Assembly (NCBI GenBank): GCA_033763315.1
Contig: JANRKS010000029.1
Span: forward strand, 32,001 to 96,000
Reading direction: 5' to 3'
Length of the DNA stretch: 64,000 bases
Source: Deltaproteobacteria bacterium
Lineage (GTDB): Bacteria; Myxococcota_A; Polyangia; Fen-1088
Below are positions 9,254-18,958 of the stretch, in pieces. The translations under genes and the position numbers were made by a program. Under the pieces are notes generated by a model. That model was not told where the DNA came from. It saw only the letters and a list, made by a program, of their open reading frames with translations, and made no database searches. Position 1 is the stretch's first letter, and each line of letters opens with the position of its first letter.

Positions 9254-10977
9254 CCACGTTTGGCATCCAACAACGCGCGCAGGGCACGCAGCAGCTCTTC
9301 ACTGCGGAAGGGTTTTGAGAGCAAGGTTGAGCCCTCGCGAAACGGCCAATCCTCGGGAAACACATCGCGCGTGTGCCCGCTGGCCACCATGATGGGCACG
9401 TTGGGCCTCATCTGACGAATCTGTTCATGGGCGACGAAGCCGCTGACCTTCGGCATGATGGCATCTAGGATCACGGCGTCGATCACAGCTTGTTTTTCGC
9501 TGAAGGTGCGAATGGCGTCTTCGCCATCAAGAGCCAAAATCACCTTATATCCTGCGCGCTCAAGCACGTCCTTGGTCACATTGCGAACGAGTTCATGGTC
9601 GTCCGCCACGAGAATCGTTTCGGATCCCAACGGCGCATCGGCAAACAATGGGACAGGGGTCGTCTGGACACCTCTATCGGGCGCCTGCGGCAAAAATACG
9701 CAGAAGCGGGTTCCTTGTGCGTCTTCGCCGGTTTCTATGTCCACAAAGCCGCCGTGTCGCTTCACCGCGCCCCACACAACGGAGAGGCCCAAGCCGTTGC
9801 CCTTGCCTTCGGGTTTGGTTGTGAAGAAGGGCTCGAACAACCGGGTGCGTACGTCGGGCGCAATGCCGCGCCCGTTGTCGGTTACACACAGGCGTACGAA
9901 TGGCCCCTCCTGCACCCACGGGTAAAGCGCGCGCTGCCTTGGGCTCGGATCCAAATTGCTTGTGCCAATGGTGATTTCGCCGACGTCATCAATCGCGTCC
10001 ACCGCGTTGATCACTAGGTTCACCATCACCTGCTCGATCTGCACGACGTCGGCCTTGATGGCATTGCTTGAAAGCAGCCGAGTGGTCAAGGAAATGCGTG
10101 CCGGAATAAGGCGCCGCAACATGGCTGTGAGATCCAGTACCAAGCTATCTAAGTAAACGGTGCGCATCGCCCCCACGCTCGGGCGTGCAAAAGCCATGAG
10201 CGATCGCACCAAAGCGGCAGCGCGCGCGGAGGCGTCTTCGATCTGGCGCAGCGATTCGCGTGCCTCTGCTGGATTGCTTTCCATATCGTCGCCGGCAAAC
10301 TGAGCGCAGTTTTCGATGACCACCAAAAGGTTGTTGAAGTCATGTGCGATGCCGCCTGCCAATAGTCCCAGGGATTCCATCCGCTGGGCCTGCCGCAACT
10401 GGATCTGCAACGCCTCGTGCTCGGCCTGCAACCGCTTCTGCTCGGTGATGTCACGCAAGATCACCCATAACCGCGTGTAACAGCCATTCGATTGCACCAA
10501 ATGCGCGTTCGATAGCGCGTACCTGATGCTTCCATCGGGTTGCATCTGCTTGACTTCGGCACCTTGCCGCTTGTTCGCGCTTTCAATCAGCTGTTCGATC
10601 AACGACGCGACGCGATCCAAATTTTCGCGGGCGAGCTCTCTCATGGGGCGCCCAATAAAAACCTGGGGGTCGACTTCATTTCGCAGGCGCGCAAATGTTT
10701 TGTTCGCCACCGCCAACTTTGAATTCAAGAACCATTGTGCCACTTCACGAGCCGGCAACGTTACCGGTATAGGCATATCGGGCTCGTAACAGAAAATGGA
10801 TTCGGATTCAGAGTCGATGAACGAAGTGAAGCGGTCTTCGATCTGCCTTATTTCAGCACGCAAGCTCTGAACCTCTGCGGGCTCAGGCAAGGGCGCTATG
10901 GACGACACCGGGGGCAAGTGTCCTATTGTATCGGCAGGTTTGTGCTTGGGAAGGGCACGCATGCCAGGAATTCGCAT
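9250..10977 (-). CDS. Hybrid sensor histidine kinase (PAS-HisKA-HATPase-REC, CckA-like)
   Basis: GGIAHDFNNLL H-box, NLVINAVDA, DNGRG, FEPFFTTK, GNGLGL and a C-terminal receiver (ILVADD...LDAIMP...KPF). Confidence 0.93.
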   Translation of the reverse strand: MRIPGMRALPKHKPADTIGHLPPVSSIAPLPEPAEVQSLRAEIRQIEDRFTSFIDSESESIFCYEPDMPIPVTLPAREVAQWFLNSKLAVANKTFARLRNEVDPQVFIGRPMRELARENLDRVASLIEQLIESANKRQGAEVKQMQPDGSIRYALSNAHLVQSNGCYTRLWVILRDITEQKRLQAEHEALQIQLRQAQRMESLGLLAGGIAHDFNNLLVVIENCAQFAGDDMESNPAEARESLRQIEDASARAAALVRSLMAFARPSVGAMRTVYLDSLVLDLTAMLRRLIPARISLTTRLLSSNAIKADVVQIEQVMVNLVINAVDAIDDVGEITIGTSNLDPSPRQRALYPWVQEGPFVRLCVTDNGRGIAPDVRTRLFEPFFTTKPEGKGNGLGLSVVWGAVKRHGGFVDIETGEDAQGTRFCVFLPQAPDRGVQTTPVPLFADAPLGSETILVADDHELVRNVTKDVLERAGYKVILALDGEDAIRTFSEKQAVIDAVILDAIMPKVSGFVAHEQIRQMRPNVPIMVASGHTRDVFPEDWPFREGSTLLSKPFRSEELLRALRALLDAKRG

Positions 10978-11010
10978 GCTTATAAACGCCTACATGCAGG
11001 TGCTGCCAAG

Positions 11011-11028
11011 GTGAAGTACGCTTGCCAC
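11011..11028 (+). promoter_or_regulatory. Leaderless-type -10 element
   Basis: TACGCT (11017-11022) lies 6 nt before ATG 11029, with no Shine-Dalgarno. Confidence 0.45.
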
Positions 11029-11544
11029 ATGATCCACTGGCTTATCGCGCTTCGTCTGTTCTTCATTGTTGGCGCCACGGTTGGCGCCGCACCAACGCCC
11101 GCATCGCAGGCGCCGTTCGTGCACCCGCCGGTGCTGTCACAAGCGCTGCCGCTCAAGAGCTACGACAAGGGCTTTACGCTGTGCCAATCGTCGCCTCCCC
11201 AAGACGTTAACGGGTATTTCCAAGTCAGTTGGGAACAAGCCGCCAAAGTTGATCAGCTGGTGCTGATGGAGCTGCGTCGCAAGGTTTACAAGGGCAAGAT
11301 CAAGGGCCGCCCCGAGTTATATGCGCGGCAATTTCTGGGCATACACCGTGGCGATCGCTCCGTCATTTACGTCAACGCCGTTTTTCCCCCGCCCGCCGGG
11401 TCGGTTGACACTTTGGCGGTGGATTGCACGGGGGCGGCCAAGTACTGGGGCATCGAGTACGACCTTAGCTTCGAACGTTTTGCCAACTTCTCGGTCAGTA
11501 AGACCGCTGTGCTCGGCGCCCAAAAACGCAACGCTGGAAAGTGA
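11029..11544 (+). CDS. Exported hypothetical protein
   Basis: The ORF-track start (10735) overlaps the divergent kinase. ATG 11029 gives a signal-peptide-like MIHWLIALRLFFIVGATVGA, followed by YARQFLG...IYVNA motifs. Confidence 0.65.
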   Translation: MIHWLIALRLFFIVGATVGAAPTPASQAPFVHPPVLSQALPLKSYDKGFTLCQSSPPQDVNGYFQVSWEQAAKVDQLVLMELRRKVYKGKIKGRPELYARQFLGIHRGDRSVIYVNAVFPPPAGSVDTLAVDCTGAAKYWGIEYDLSFERFANFSVSKTAVLGAQKRNAGK

Positions 11545-11556
11545 GCCAGCGTTTCA

Positions 11557-12189
11557 CTACATGGCATCGGCTCTCGTGGCGGGCGTTGACGTACTGGCCG
11601 CGTCAGGCCACTCGTCGTTGAACGTGCCAGCGTCGGCCGTTGGTGTGCCGATCGGCTCTTCCGGATCGCCCGCTTCTGAGACAGCCAAACCCCACAATCC
11701 CGAACCTGTGCCATCGCCTTCCCACAACTCGAGACCACCGCTTTCTGTGGTGGCGGGCGCCAGTAAACGCGCACGGCTTTTAACCACGAAGCTTGTGGCA
11801 TTGTCGGGCACCACCACCGCCACGTAACCCCGGCCCACAGGAGGCGGTGACACGAACTGCCGCACACGCACGGGCGCCGCGAACGACAAGCCCTGCGGCT
11901 CAACCAGCACACCGCTGTCGTTCACGGGGGATCGCCCGCGTTTGGCCGTGTCTGTCACCAAGGACACCTGCACCATTACGCGTGTGGGCGCCACGTTGCC
12001 AGGAACCACGAGCGTCACAGGATTTTTGGTGCCCAAGGTGACGGTCTGTTCTTCGCCGCCGCCACCCACTTCCAGCGTTCGCTTTTCAAGCACTTGCCCA
12101 TAAAGCGGCACGTCGTCATCAGAGGCGCAGGATGCGGCTGCCGCCAAACCCAAACACAACATTGCCAATGAGATCGTATTTCGCTTCAT
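11557..12189 (-). CDS. Hypothetical lipoprotein with a ZU5-like beta domain
   Basis: Lipobox LAAAASC; VTLVVPGN and VEPQGLSFAAPV resemble ZU5-type motifs; AGGA upstream. Confidence 0.6.
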   Translation of the reverse strand: MKRNTISLAMLCLGLAAAASCASDDDVPLYGQVLEKRTLEVGGGGEEQTVTLGTKNPVTLVVPGNVAPTRVMVQVSLVTDTAKRGRSPVNDSGVLVEPQGLSFAAPVRVRQFVSPPPVGRGYVAVVVPDNATSFVVKSRARLLAPATTESGGLELWEGDGTGSGLWGLAVSEAGDPEEPIGTPTADAGTFNDEWPDAASTSTPATRADAM

Positions 12190-12212
12190 AGGTTTTCCTT
12201 GTGGCTTTTCGC

Positions 12213-13862
12213 TTAGGGCGCTCGCACGCGCATCATCACGTAGGCGTCAAAACGGGCTTGTTTGTACTTATTGCTTTTTTCAGGCTCGTAAAGCTTGAAT
12301 GAACGCTGGCCGCGGGCGCTATAGCGAGTGCCCGCGCGACCATAGAAGGTGAAGGGCAAGCCCTGGCGAAGCAGAGGTCGGAAGCCCTTGTCCACAGAAT
12401 CAACCACGGCCGCTGTGGCCGTTTTCTCGACGGTGCGTGCGCCATAGTTCATGAGGCCTGCCATGCCGCCCGACATGAACGATCCCGAAGCTTCTTTGGC
12501 CACGCCGAAGCCGAGCCGGCCTTGTGCGTCTTGCAGCATCTTGTCTTCGGTCATCAACGACTGCGGCGTCAGTGGCGCGCGCAACACCTTCAACAGATCG
12601 CGCGTGTGTCCGATCTGCGAAATGGCGTAGACCTCGCTGCCACCGTCGGCCCAGCCCATCGCTTCTGCTAAGCCCCAAGCGGCTTCGGCATGACCTGCGG
12701 CTTCCAACACCCACTTATCCTGCCCACCCTTTTGCGTGATCACAGGCTCACAACGAACGCCGAATTTGGCGCGGCGGTTGACGTCGGAATACGTGATGGC
12801 GGTGTTTAGTTTGCCTGTGCGCAGCGCTGCGTTGGGCGCGTACTTGATGACTGCATAGCGCTCTTCACCGTAAGGAATGGCACCCACGAACACGTAAAGC
12901 TTCGTGCCTGCCACGATGTAATCCCACCCAATGACGTCTTCCACGACCAGCCCGGCAGGCAAGTCGATCTCGGCCCAGGTGTTGCGCACAGCGGTTCGCA
13001 AGATCGAGTTGGCTTCGCGCGCGAAGATGTTGGCGATCGCGCCGGCCGAATCCACGTAGTGATATGTTCCACCGCCCGCATCCGCCATACCTTGCATCAA
13101 CAGCTCGTCGTGAAGCGCGCCGAAGCCAATCGTGGTTGTGCCCACGCCGTGTTCGGCGGCGCGCGCTGCCAAGTTGAACAACGTGTTTGAATCCGTGATG
13201 CCTCGGTTGGGTTGGCCGTCGGAGAACAACACCACCTGGTTCACTTGCCACTCAGAGAACTGCGAGAACGCTTCAGACAGCCCGCCTAGGTAGCCGCCCG
13301 AAAGCCACGTGCCGCCGCCATCGTTGAGCGAACGGATGCGTGCCACGGCGTCGGCGCGCGTTTGCGGGTTAATCGCCACAGGCGGCAACGCTTCGAACAC
13401 GCCGTCAGAAAACACCACCACCGAAACTTTATCGCCTTCGCGAAACGCGTTGATGAAAGCCTCCGCCGCCGCCCGCATTCCGGAGAACGGCTTGCCGCGC
13501 ATGGAGCCCGAACGATCGAGCACAAGCGCGATGTTAAGCGGTGCCACTTGACCATCCATCTGACGGCCCTTGACGCTCACGGCGCTATACATGGAGCCGT
13601 TGGCCAACACGGGCGACAGCCCGCACGTGGCATCCACCGAAGCTTTCGCCGGATCTTCAGGTCGCACCTCAGGCCATTCGGCCGCGGGCGCCGTTGCGAA
13701 CACAGACTCTTCCGTCAGCTGCTCTAAGCGGGGCGTGGATGGAAGAGGCTTGACCGCAGCGCAGGCGGAGCCGAGAAGCACAGGGGCAATCACACACGCT
13801 ATACGTGCAAGACGAGACTTTGGATCTGCACAATGTGAACGGGAGCCATCGTGAGGTGTCAT
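12213..13862 (-). CDS. vWA domain protein (YfbK-like), probable lipoprotein
   Basis: MIDAS motif LVLDRSGSM, GGGT, LFSDGQPN and TTIGFG; LLGSAC lipobox-like. Start set at ATG 13862, which has TACACT 8 nt upstream. Confidence 0.85.
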   Translation of the reverse strand: MTPHDGSRSHCADPKSRLARIACVIAPVLLGSACAAVKPLPSTPRLEQLTEESVFATAPAAEWPEVRPEDPAKASVDATCGLSPVLANGSMYSAVSVKGRQMDGQVAPLNIALVLDRSGSMRGKPFSGMRAAAEAFINAFREGDKVSVVVFSDGVFEALPPVAINPQTRADAVARIRSLNDGGGTWLSGGYLGGLSEAFSQFSEWQVNQVVLFSDGQPNRGITDSNTLFNLAARAAEHGVGTTTIGFGALHDELLMQGMADAGGGTYHYVDSAGAIANIFAREANSILRTAVRNTWAEIDLPAGLVVEDVIGWDYIVAGTKLYVFVGAIPYGEERYAVIKYAPNAALRTGKLNTAITYSDVNRRAKFGVRCEPVITQKGGQDKWVLEAAGHAEAAWGLAEAMGWADGGSEVYAISQIGHTRDLLKVLRAPLTPQSLMTEDKMLQDAQGRLGFGVAKEASGSFMSGGMAGLMNYGARTVEKTATAAVVDSVDKGFRPLLRQGLPFTFYGRAGTRYSARGQRSFKLYEPEKSNKYKQARFDAYVMMRVRAP

Positions 13863-13958
13863 GGCCCCGCAGTGTATCGCAAGGCCGCACAAACCCACTA
13901 TACGTGCAACCAGTTTGGTGGCACACGCACCTACTTTGGCGGCTCAGCCGCACGGGCT

Positions 13959-14648
13959 TTACGTCGCACCAAAGCGCTGCCGGTAATCTTCCATAATGGC
14001 TTTGGTGGCAGACGCACCCGTGCGTGTGCAGCCAAGCTCGCGCATGCGCAGAACCGCGTCCAAGGTGCGCACACCCCCAGCGGCTTTGACCTGAATGTGC
14101 GCGGGGCTGTGTTTTCGCATCAACTTCACATCGTCTTCCGTGGCGCCCGAGGGTGCGTAACCGGTTGACGTTTTCACCCACGCGACGTTCACCTTGGCGC
14201 ACAACTCACAGAGTTTGATCTTCTCGTCATCGGTGAGATAGGCGTTCTCGAAAATCACTTTGACGTAAGCCTTGTGGGCCTTGGCCAGATCGTCGATGGC
14301 TTGGATCTCGGCCAACACATAAGCCCAGTCGTGGCTGCGCACGCGGCTAATGTTGACGACCATGTCCAGCTCGATGGCCCCTGCTTGCAGCATTTCCTTC
14401 GCCTCGGCAACTTTCGTAGCCGTCGTGTGGCCGCCGTGTGGGAAGCCGACGGTGGTGGAAGGAATGACGGTGCTGCCCGCCAGAAGCTCAACGACACGGG
14501 GCAGGAAGTACGGCAGCACGCACACCGAGGCCGCATCGTATTCCTTGGCCACCGCACATCCCTCCACCAATTCAGCCTCTGTGAGGGCTGGATTAAGCAG
14601 GGAGTGATCCAACATCTTTGAGACCTCGCGGTAGGTGGGGGGCGACAT
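13959..14648 (-). CDS. deoC: Deoxyribose-phosphate aldolase
   Basis: DHSLLNP, ASVCV, VGFPHG, ELDMVVN, KVIFE, VKTSTG, VKAAGGVR and RTGAS. Confidence 0.95.
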   Translation of the reverse strand: MSPPTYREVSKMLDHSLLNPALTEAELVEGCAVAKEYDAASVCVLPYFLPRVVELLAGSTVIPSTTVGFPHGGHTTATKVAEAKEMLQAGAIELDMVVNISRVRSHDWAYVLAEIQAIDDLAKAHKAYVKVIFENAYLTDDEKIKLCELCAKVNVAWVKTSTGYAPSGATEDDVKLMRKHSPAHIQVKAAGGVRTLDAVLRMRELGCTRTGASATKAIMEDYRQRFGAT

Positions 14649-14663
14649 GGCTCAATATTAGCA
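14649..14663 (-). promoter_or_regulatory. Extended -10 (TGcTAATAT) 6 nt upstream of the deoC ATG; leaderless type
   Basis: The minus strand reads TGC-TAATAT-TGAGCC-ATG, with no SD. Confidence 0.55.
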
Positions 14664-14734
14664 GTGGACTGGTGGCTTATCCACCATAATATGGGGCTCG
14701 TGGCCTATTACGCCGCCCCGTGCTCCGGGGGCTC

Positions 14735-17566
14735 CTACGAGACGGCGCGCGTTAGCACCGTGAGTAGATCCTCCATGCGCAGCGGCTTGCTGAGGTAATC
14801 GTTCATGCCGGCCTGTAAACATTCTTCCCGGTCGCCGGGCAAAGCGTTGGCGGTCAAAGCAATGATGGGCGTCGGCTTGCGCTGCTGTTCGGATTCCCAG
14901 GCCCGAATGCGGCGGGTGGCCTCATAGCCGTCGAGCTGCGGCATTTGGCAGTCCATAAGCACACAGTCGAATTGTTGCTGTTTGAAACGCTCCAACGCTT
15001 GCAGCCCATCCGCGGCGACGACGACCGCTTGCGCGTGTTTGCGCAGCATCAAGGTGATGAGGCGTTGGTTCACCACGTTGTCCTCGGCCACAAGCACGCG
15101 CGCGATGCGCAGTTGGCTTTCTTGATCCTTGAACGCAGCCAGCTCTTGGGTGTCCACAGCCACGGTTTGTTTCACACCGAGCGGCACCATGACGTCAACG
15201 GTGGTGCCTTCGCCGGCAATGGAGGTCACGGTGAGCTCGCCATTCATCATCTTCACCAAACTTCGGCAGATCGATAGCCCCAATCCCGAGCCACCGTAGC
15301 GACGCGTGGTCGAGGCGTCGGCCTGCGCGAACGCCAAGCCCAATCGTTCGAGTTGAGCAGGCGTCATACCGATGCCTGTGTCAGTGATGGTGAACCGCAG
15401 CTTGCGCTGCTGGGTATTCAGCGGCTCGCATAGCACTGTCAATTGCACTCTTCCGGTGTGCGTGAACTTCACAGCGTTGGACAATAGGTTAAGCAAGATT
15501 TGGCGCAGACGCGTTGGATCGCCGACCAACGTGGGCACCGCGCACCGCTTTTCGAACACCAGCCGGACGCCCTTTCGCTCCGCTTGGTCGTTAAACAGGG
15601 GAAACACATCATCCATCAACCGCGAGAAATCGAGATCCTGGGACTCCAATTCCAGTTTGCCCGCCTCAAGCTTTGAGTAGTCAAGAATGTCATTGATTAA
15701 CGTCAACAGACCTTCGCCACATGAGCGAATCGTCTCGGCAAACTCGCGCTGTTGCGGCGATAAATCCGTCTTCGCGAGCAAGTTGGCCATGCCAATCACA
15801 CCGTTCATCGGTGTGCGGATCTCGTGGCTCATGGTCGCCAGGAATTCCGCTTTGGCTTTGGATGCCTGTTCGGCGGTACGAACGGCGCTTTGAAGCGCCT
15901 CTTCCTTCTGCACCAAAGCTGTGACGTCTGTGCGGGTGCCTACGATGCCGCCCAATTTCGTGCGTCGCTCTTCGACGCGGACCCATTTTTCACCCACGCG
16001 CGCAATGGTGCCGCCATTTAAGGTGCGACAGTCGGCCATCCGTTGGTTCAACCATTCCTCTGGAGGTGCATCGCCAACCATGGCGGCAAAGCGTTCTGGC
16101 GTCGCTGCATAACAGGCACGCTTCATCTCTTCGAAACTGATGCCTGTCTGGGTAAGCTCTTCCGGCAGCTCGTACAGGTCGCGGTACGCCTGGTTGCAAA
16201 TCACGAGCCTCTCGTCTTTGTCAAACATCACAAGGCCCGATTCGATGCTGGCCAAGGCGTCGTCAAGATTGGCCTTGAGGCGTTCGATCTCGGCTTGGGC
16301 GCGCTTGCGTTCCGTGATGTCCTCGTTCGAGCCCACAAATCCCGTGCAGACGCCTGCTTCATTGTGTAACGCCACTGCCCGTGAACTGGTCCAACGAATT
16401 TGGCCATCCTTGTGAAGCCAACGAATCTCGCGGAAAAAAGCTGTGCCGGTGCGGGCCGCTTCACGCCAGTCAGCGCAGACGGCGGGTCGATCTTCGGGAT
16501 GAATGGCATTCGCCCAGCCGTCACCCAAACTCTCCGCGGCCGTCTGCCCCGAGATGCGGCACCACTCGTCATTCACGTACAGACTGCGGCCGGCGGCATC
16601 CGTGAGATAGATGCCCACCGGTGCCAGGGCCGACAATTGCCGGAAGCGTTCGGCATCCGCACGCCGTGCAGACTCAGCGTCCCTTTGGGCTGTGACATCC
16701 ACGATGGAGCCAGCCAAACGCTCAACTTCGCCTTGTGTGTTCAGCGCCACCGCACCTGTGGCGTGGAACCAGCGGTACAGTCCGTCTTTGGTCAGCAAAC
16801 GATAGTGCGCGACATAGGGCCTATTGGATCGAACCGACGCCTCGAGAATCTCAACGGTTGCTGCAACGTCATCAGGGTGAAGGCGTGAGAACCATGCGCC
16901 TATGTTGGCCGCAAATTCATTGGCGTCAAAACCCAGCAACCGCGCAAAACTTGGAGACCAGTACGCGGGGTGCTCTGAGGCCAAGCACAATTTCCCACCC
17001 AGCAGTTTTGTTTCCCACATCCCCATCGAAGCGCCGTGAGCGATCAAATCGAACCGCTCCACGCTTTGCCGCAAGCGCTCCTCCATGCGTTTGCGTTCTG
17101 TAAGGTCGTGCCAAACCACAAGCATCGCGGGGCGGCCCGCTAAAGTGATGGGGGTCAACGTCACCTCCACCGGAAACGACTCACCCGAAACTTTCTGATG
17201 CAGCCACTCGAAGCGATGAAAGCCCGACCTGCGGGCGAGCTCATCCATCTCAAGACACTTTTCATCCGAGCGTCGCCCATCAGGCTGCAGGGTGGGGGAA
17301 AGTTTAGCGGGATGTAGGCCCAAAACCTCTGACTTCGACCGGCAGCCCAGCAGGGAGACCGCGGCGTTATTGCAATCGATGATTCCGCTTTCATCAAAAA
17401 CCAAGTGCGCGTCCGACGAATACTCGAAGAGCACTCGAAAGCGCTCGTCTTGCGCGGCTTTGAGTGAATCTGCGGGGACCATCGGAGCAACCGGAAACGC
17501 GAGCACCGGCTCAGTCATCGACTGGGGCCGGCATAGGCTTAATGGGTCAGCGCTTACTATCGCCAT
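14735..17566 (-). CDS. Multi-PAS hybrid sensor histidine kinase
   Basis: Several PAS/PAC units, FLATMSHEIRTPMNG, GDPTRLRQIL, GGSGLGL and a receiver (VAEDN...MDCQMP). The start is uncertain (17566 or 17518); the ORF-track start 17752 overlaps the divergent gene. Confidence 0.92.
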   Translation of the reverse strand: MAIVSADPLSLCRPQSMTEPVLAFPVAPMVPADSLKAAQDERFRVLFEYSSDAHLVFDESGIIDCNNAAVSLLGCRSKSEVLGLHPAKLSPTLQPDGRRSDEKCLEMDELARRSGFHRFEWLHQKVSGESFPVEVTLTPITLAGRPAMLVVWHDLTERKRMEERLRQSVERFDLIAHGASMGMWETKLLGGKLCLASEHPAYWSPSFARLLGFDANEFAANIGAWFSRLHPDDVAATVEILEASVRSNRPYVAHYRLLTKDGLYRWFHATGAVALNTQGEVERLAGSIVDVTAQRDAESARRADAERFRQLSALAPVGIYLTDAAGRSLYVNDEWCRISGQTAAESLGDGWANAIHPEDRPAVCADWREAARTGTAFFREIRWLHKDGQIRWTSSRAVALHNEAGVCTGFVGSNEDITERKRAQAEIERLKANLDDALASIESGLVMFDKDERLVICNQAYRDLYELPEELTQTGISFEEMKRACYAATPERFAAMVGDAPPEEWLNQRMADCRTLNGGTIARVGEKWVRVEERRTKLGGIVGTRTDVTALVQKEEALQSAVRTAEQASKAKAEFLATMSHEIRTPMNGVIGMANLLAKTDLSPQQREFAETIRSCGEGLLTLINDILDYSKLEAGKLELESQDLDFSRLMDDVFPLFNDQAERKGVRLVFEKRCAVPTLVGDPTRLRQILLNLLSNAVKFTHTGRVQLTVLCEPLNTQQRKLRFTITDTGIGMTPAQLERLGLAFAQADASTTRRYGGSGLGLSICRSLVKMMNGELTVTSIAGEGTTVDVMVPLGVKQTVAVDTQELAAFKDQESQLRIARVLVAEDNVVNQRLITLMLRKHAQAVVVAADGLQALERFKQQQFDCVLMDCQMPQLDGYEATRRIRAWESEQQRKPTPIIALTANALPGDREECLQAGMNDYLSKPLRMEDLLTVLTRAVS

Positions 17567-17688
17567 GTTACGGATTTGCCACTGGATGTGGCCACGTGGT
17601 TGGACCCAACGAATGCCCGTGCATGCGTGCCCCGTCCCTACGGGCTGCCCTGTCGAGCTGCGCAGAACGATGATACTGTGAGCGCCCC

Positions 17689-18867
17689 ATGGCTTTGCCC
17701 AGCGAACTTCGCTTGCTTCTCGTCGATGACGACGCCGCCATTGTGCGCGCATACAAACGGCTGTTTGAAAGCCAAGGCGCCACGGTTACCACCGCAGACA
17801 CGGGACGCGTAGCGATCGAGCGAGTGCAAGCGGCCAGCTTTGACGTGGTGCTAAGCGATATTTCGATGCCTGAAATGTCTGGCATCGAGTTCCTCAAGCA
17901 GGTGCGGTCCCATGATCTTGATGTTCCTGTGATCCTAATGACCGGGGCGCCCGGCTTGGATTCCGCCATCCGCGCGGTCGAATATGGTGCCTTTCGCTAT
18001 CTGGGAAAACCTGTGGATCCCGACGAGCTTTTGCAGGTGGTCGTGCGCGCCGGGCGGCTGCATCAGTTGGCGAAGCTAAAGCGGCAGGCCTTGTCGTTGG
18101 CGGGCACCGACCACGAGGCTGTTGGCGATCGGGCGACGCTGGAGGTGCGTTTCAATTCGGCGATGCGGTTGTCGTGGATGGCCTGCCAACCGATCGTTTC
18201 GCTGCGCGAGGGGCGCGTGTGGGGCTACGAGGCACTGCTGCGTTCAGATGAGCCGCTGCTGCAGCATCCCGCTGAGATACTCGATGCCGCTGAACGCCTG
18301 GGGCGGTTGCGAGAGGTTGGTCGTGCGGTCCGGCACATGGTCGCCGCGGCGGCAATGAGCCCCGATTGCGCCAGTGCCCGCATCTTCGTGAACCTGCACG
18401 CGAGCGATCTGAACGATCCGGATCTTTACGCAGCGGAGGCGCCGTTAACGAAGATCGCCTCACGCGTTGTCTTAGAGATCACCGAACGCGCGTCTCTTGA
18501 TGGCGTCAAGGATCTGGCCAGCGGCATCAACAGGCTCAAGGCCTTGGGTTTCGAGATTGCCATCGATGATTTAGGCGCAGGCTACGCGGGGCTCACAAGC
18601 TTCACCCAACTCAACCCGCATGTGGCAAAGCTTGATATGTCGCTCGTGCGGGGCGTTGACACTGACCTACGCCGGCAGTCGATCGTTCGATCGATGAAGG
18701 GGCTGTGCGATGAGCTTGACATCGCGGTGATCGCCGAAGGAATCGAAACGGGCGCGGAGCGTGACAAGCTTGCCGAGCTTGGCTGCGATCTGCTGCAGGG
18801 TTTTTTGTTCGCAAAGCCGGAACGAGGTTTCGGCCAAGTGAGCGATTGGTCGGGAACCACATCTTGA
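17689..18867 (+). CDS. Response regulator with EAL (c-di-GMP phosphodiesterase) domain
   Basis: N-terminal REC (LVDDD, SDISMP, KP), then YEALLR, EITE, IDDLGAGY, KLDMS, AEGIET and QGF. Confidence 0.92.
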   Translation: MALPSELRLLLVDDDAAIVRAYKRLFESQGATVTTADTGRVAIERVQAASFDVVLSDISMPEMSGIEFLKQVRSHDLDVPVILMTGAPGLDSAIRAVEYGAFRYLGKPVDPDELLQVVVRAGRLHQLAKLKRQALSLAGTDHEAVGDRATLEVRFNSAMRLSWMACQPIVSLREGRVWGYEALLRSDEPLLQHPAEILDAAERLGRLREVGRAVRHMVAAAAMSPDCASARIFVNLHASDLNDPDLYAAEAPLTKIASRVVLEITERASLDGVKDLASGINRLKALGFEIAIDDLGAGYAGLTSFTQLNPHVAKLDMSLVRGVDTDLRRQSIVRSMKGLCDELDIAVIAEGIETGAERDKLAELGCDLLQGFLFAKPERGFGQVSDWSGTTS

Positions 18868-18958
18868 GGTTGCAGCCACGGTGCTAGCGCCTCGTGACCC
18901 GGCTCACGGTCACTGAATTTCTTCCGCGGTGGCGTCGTCCATGGGCAGGACACGTCAC

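Noticed and set aside
10735-11028. ORF-track upstream extensions (also 17567-17752, 26156-26332, 27020-27271 and 53112-53306)
   Set aside because: They overlap neighbouring genes or promoters; downstream starts have SD, -10 or coupling support.
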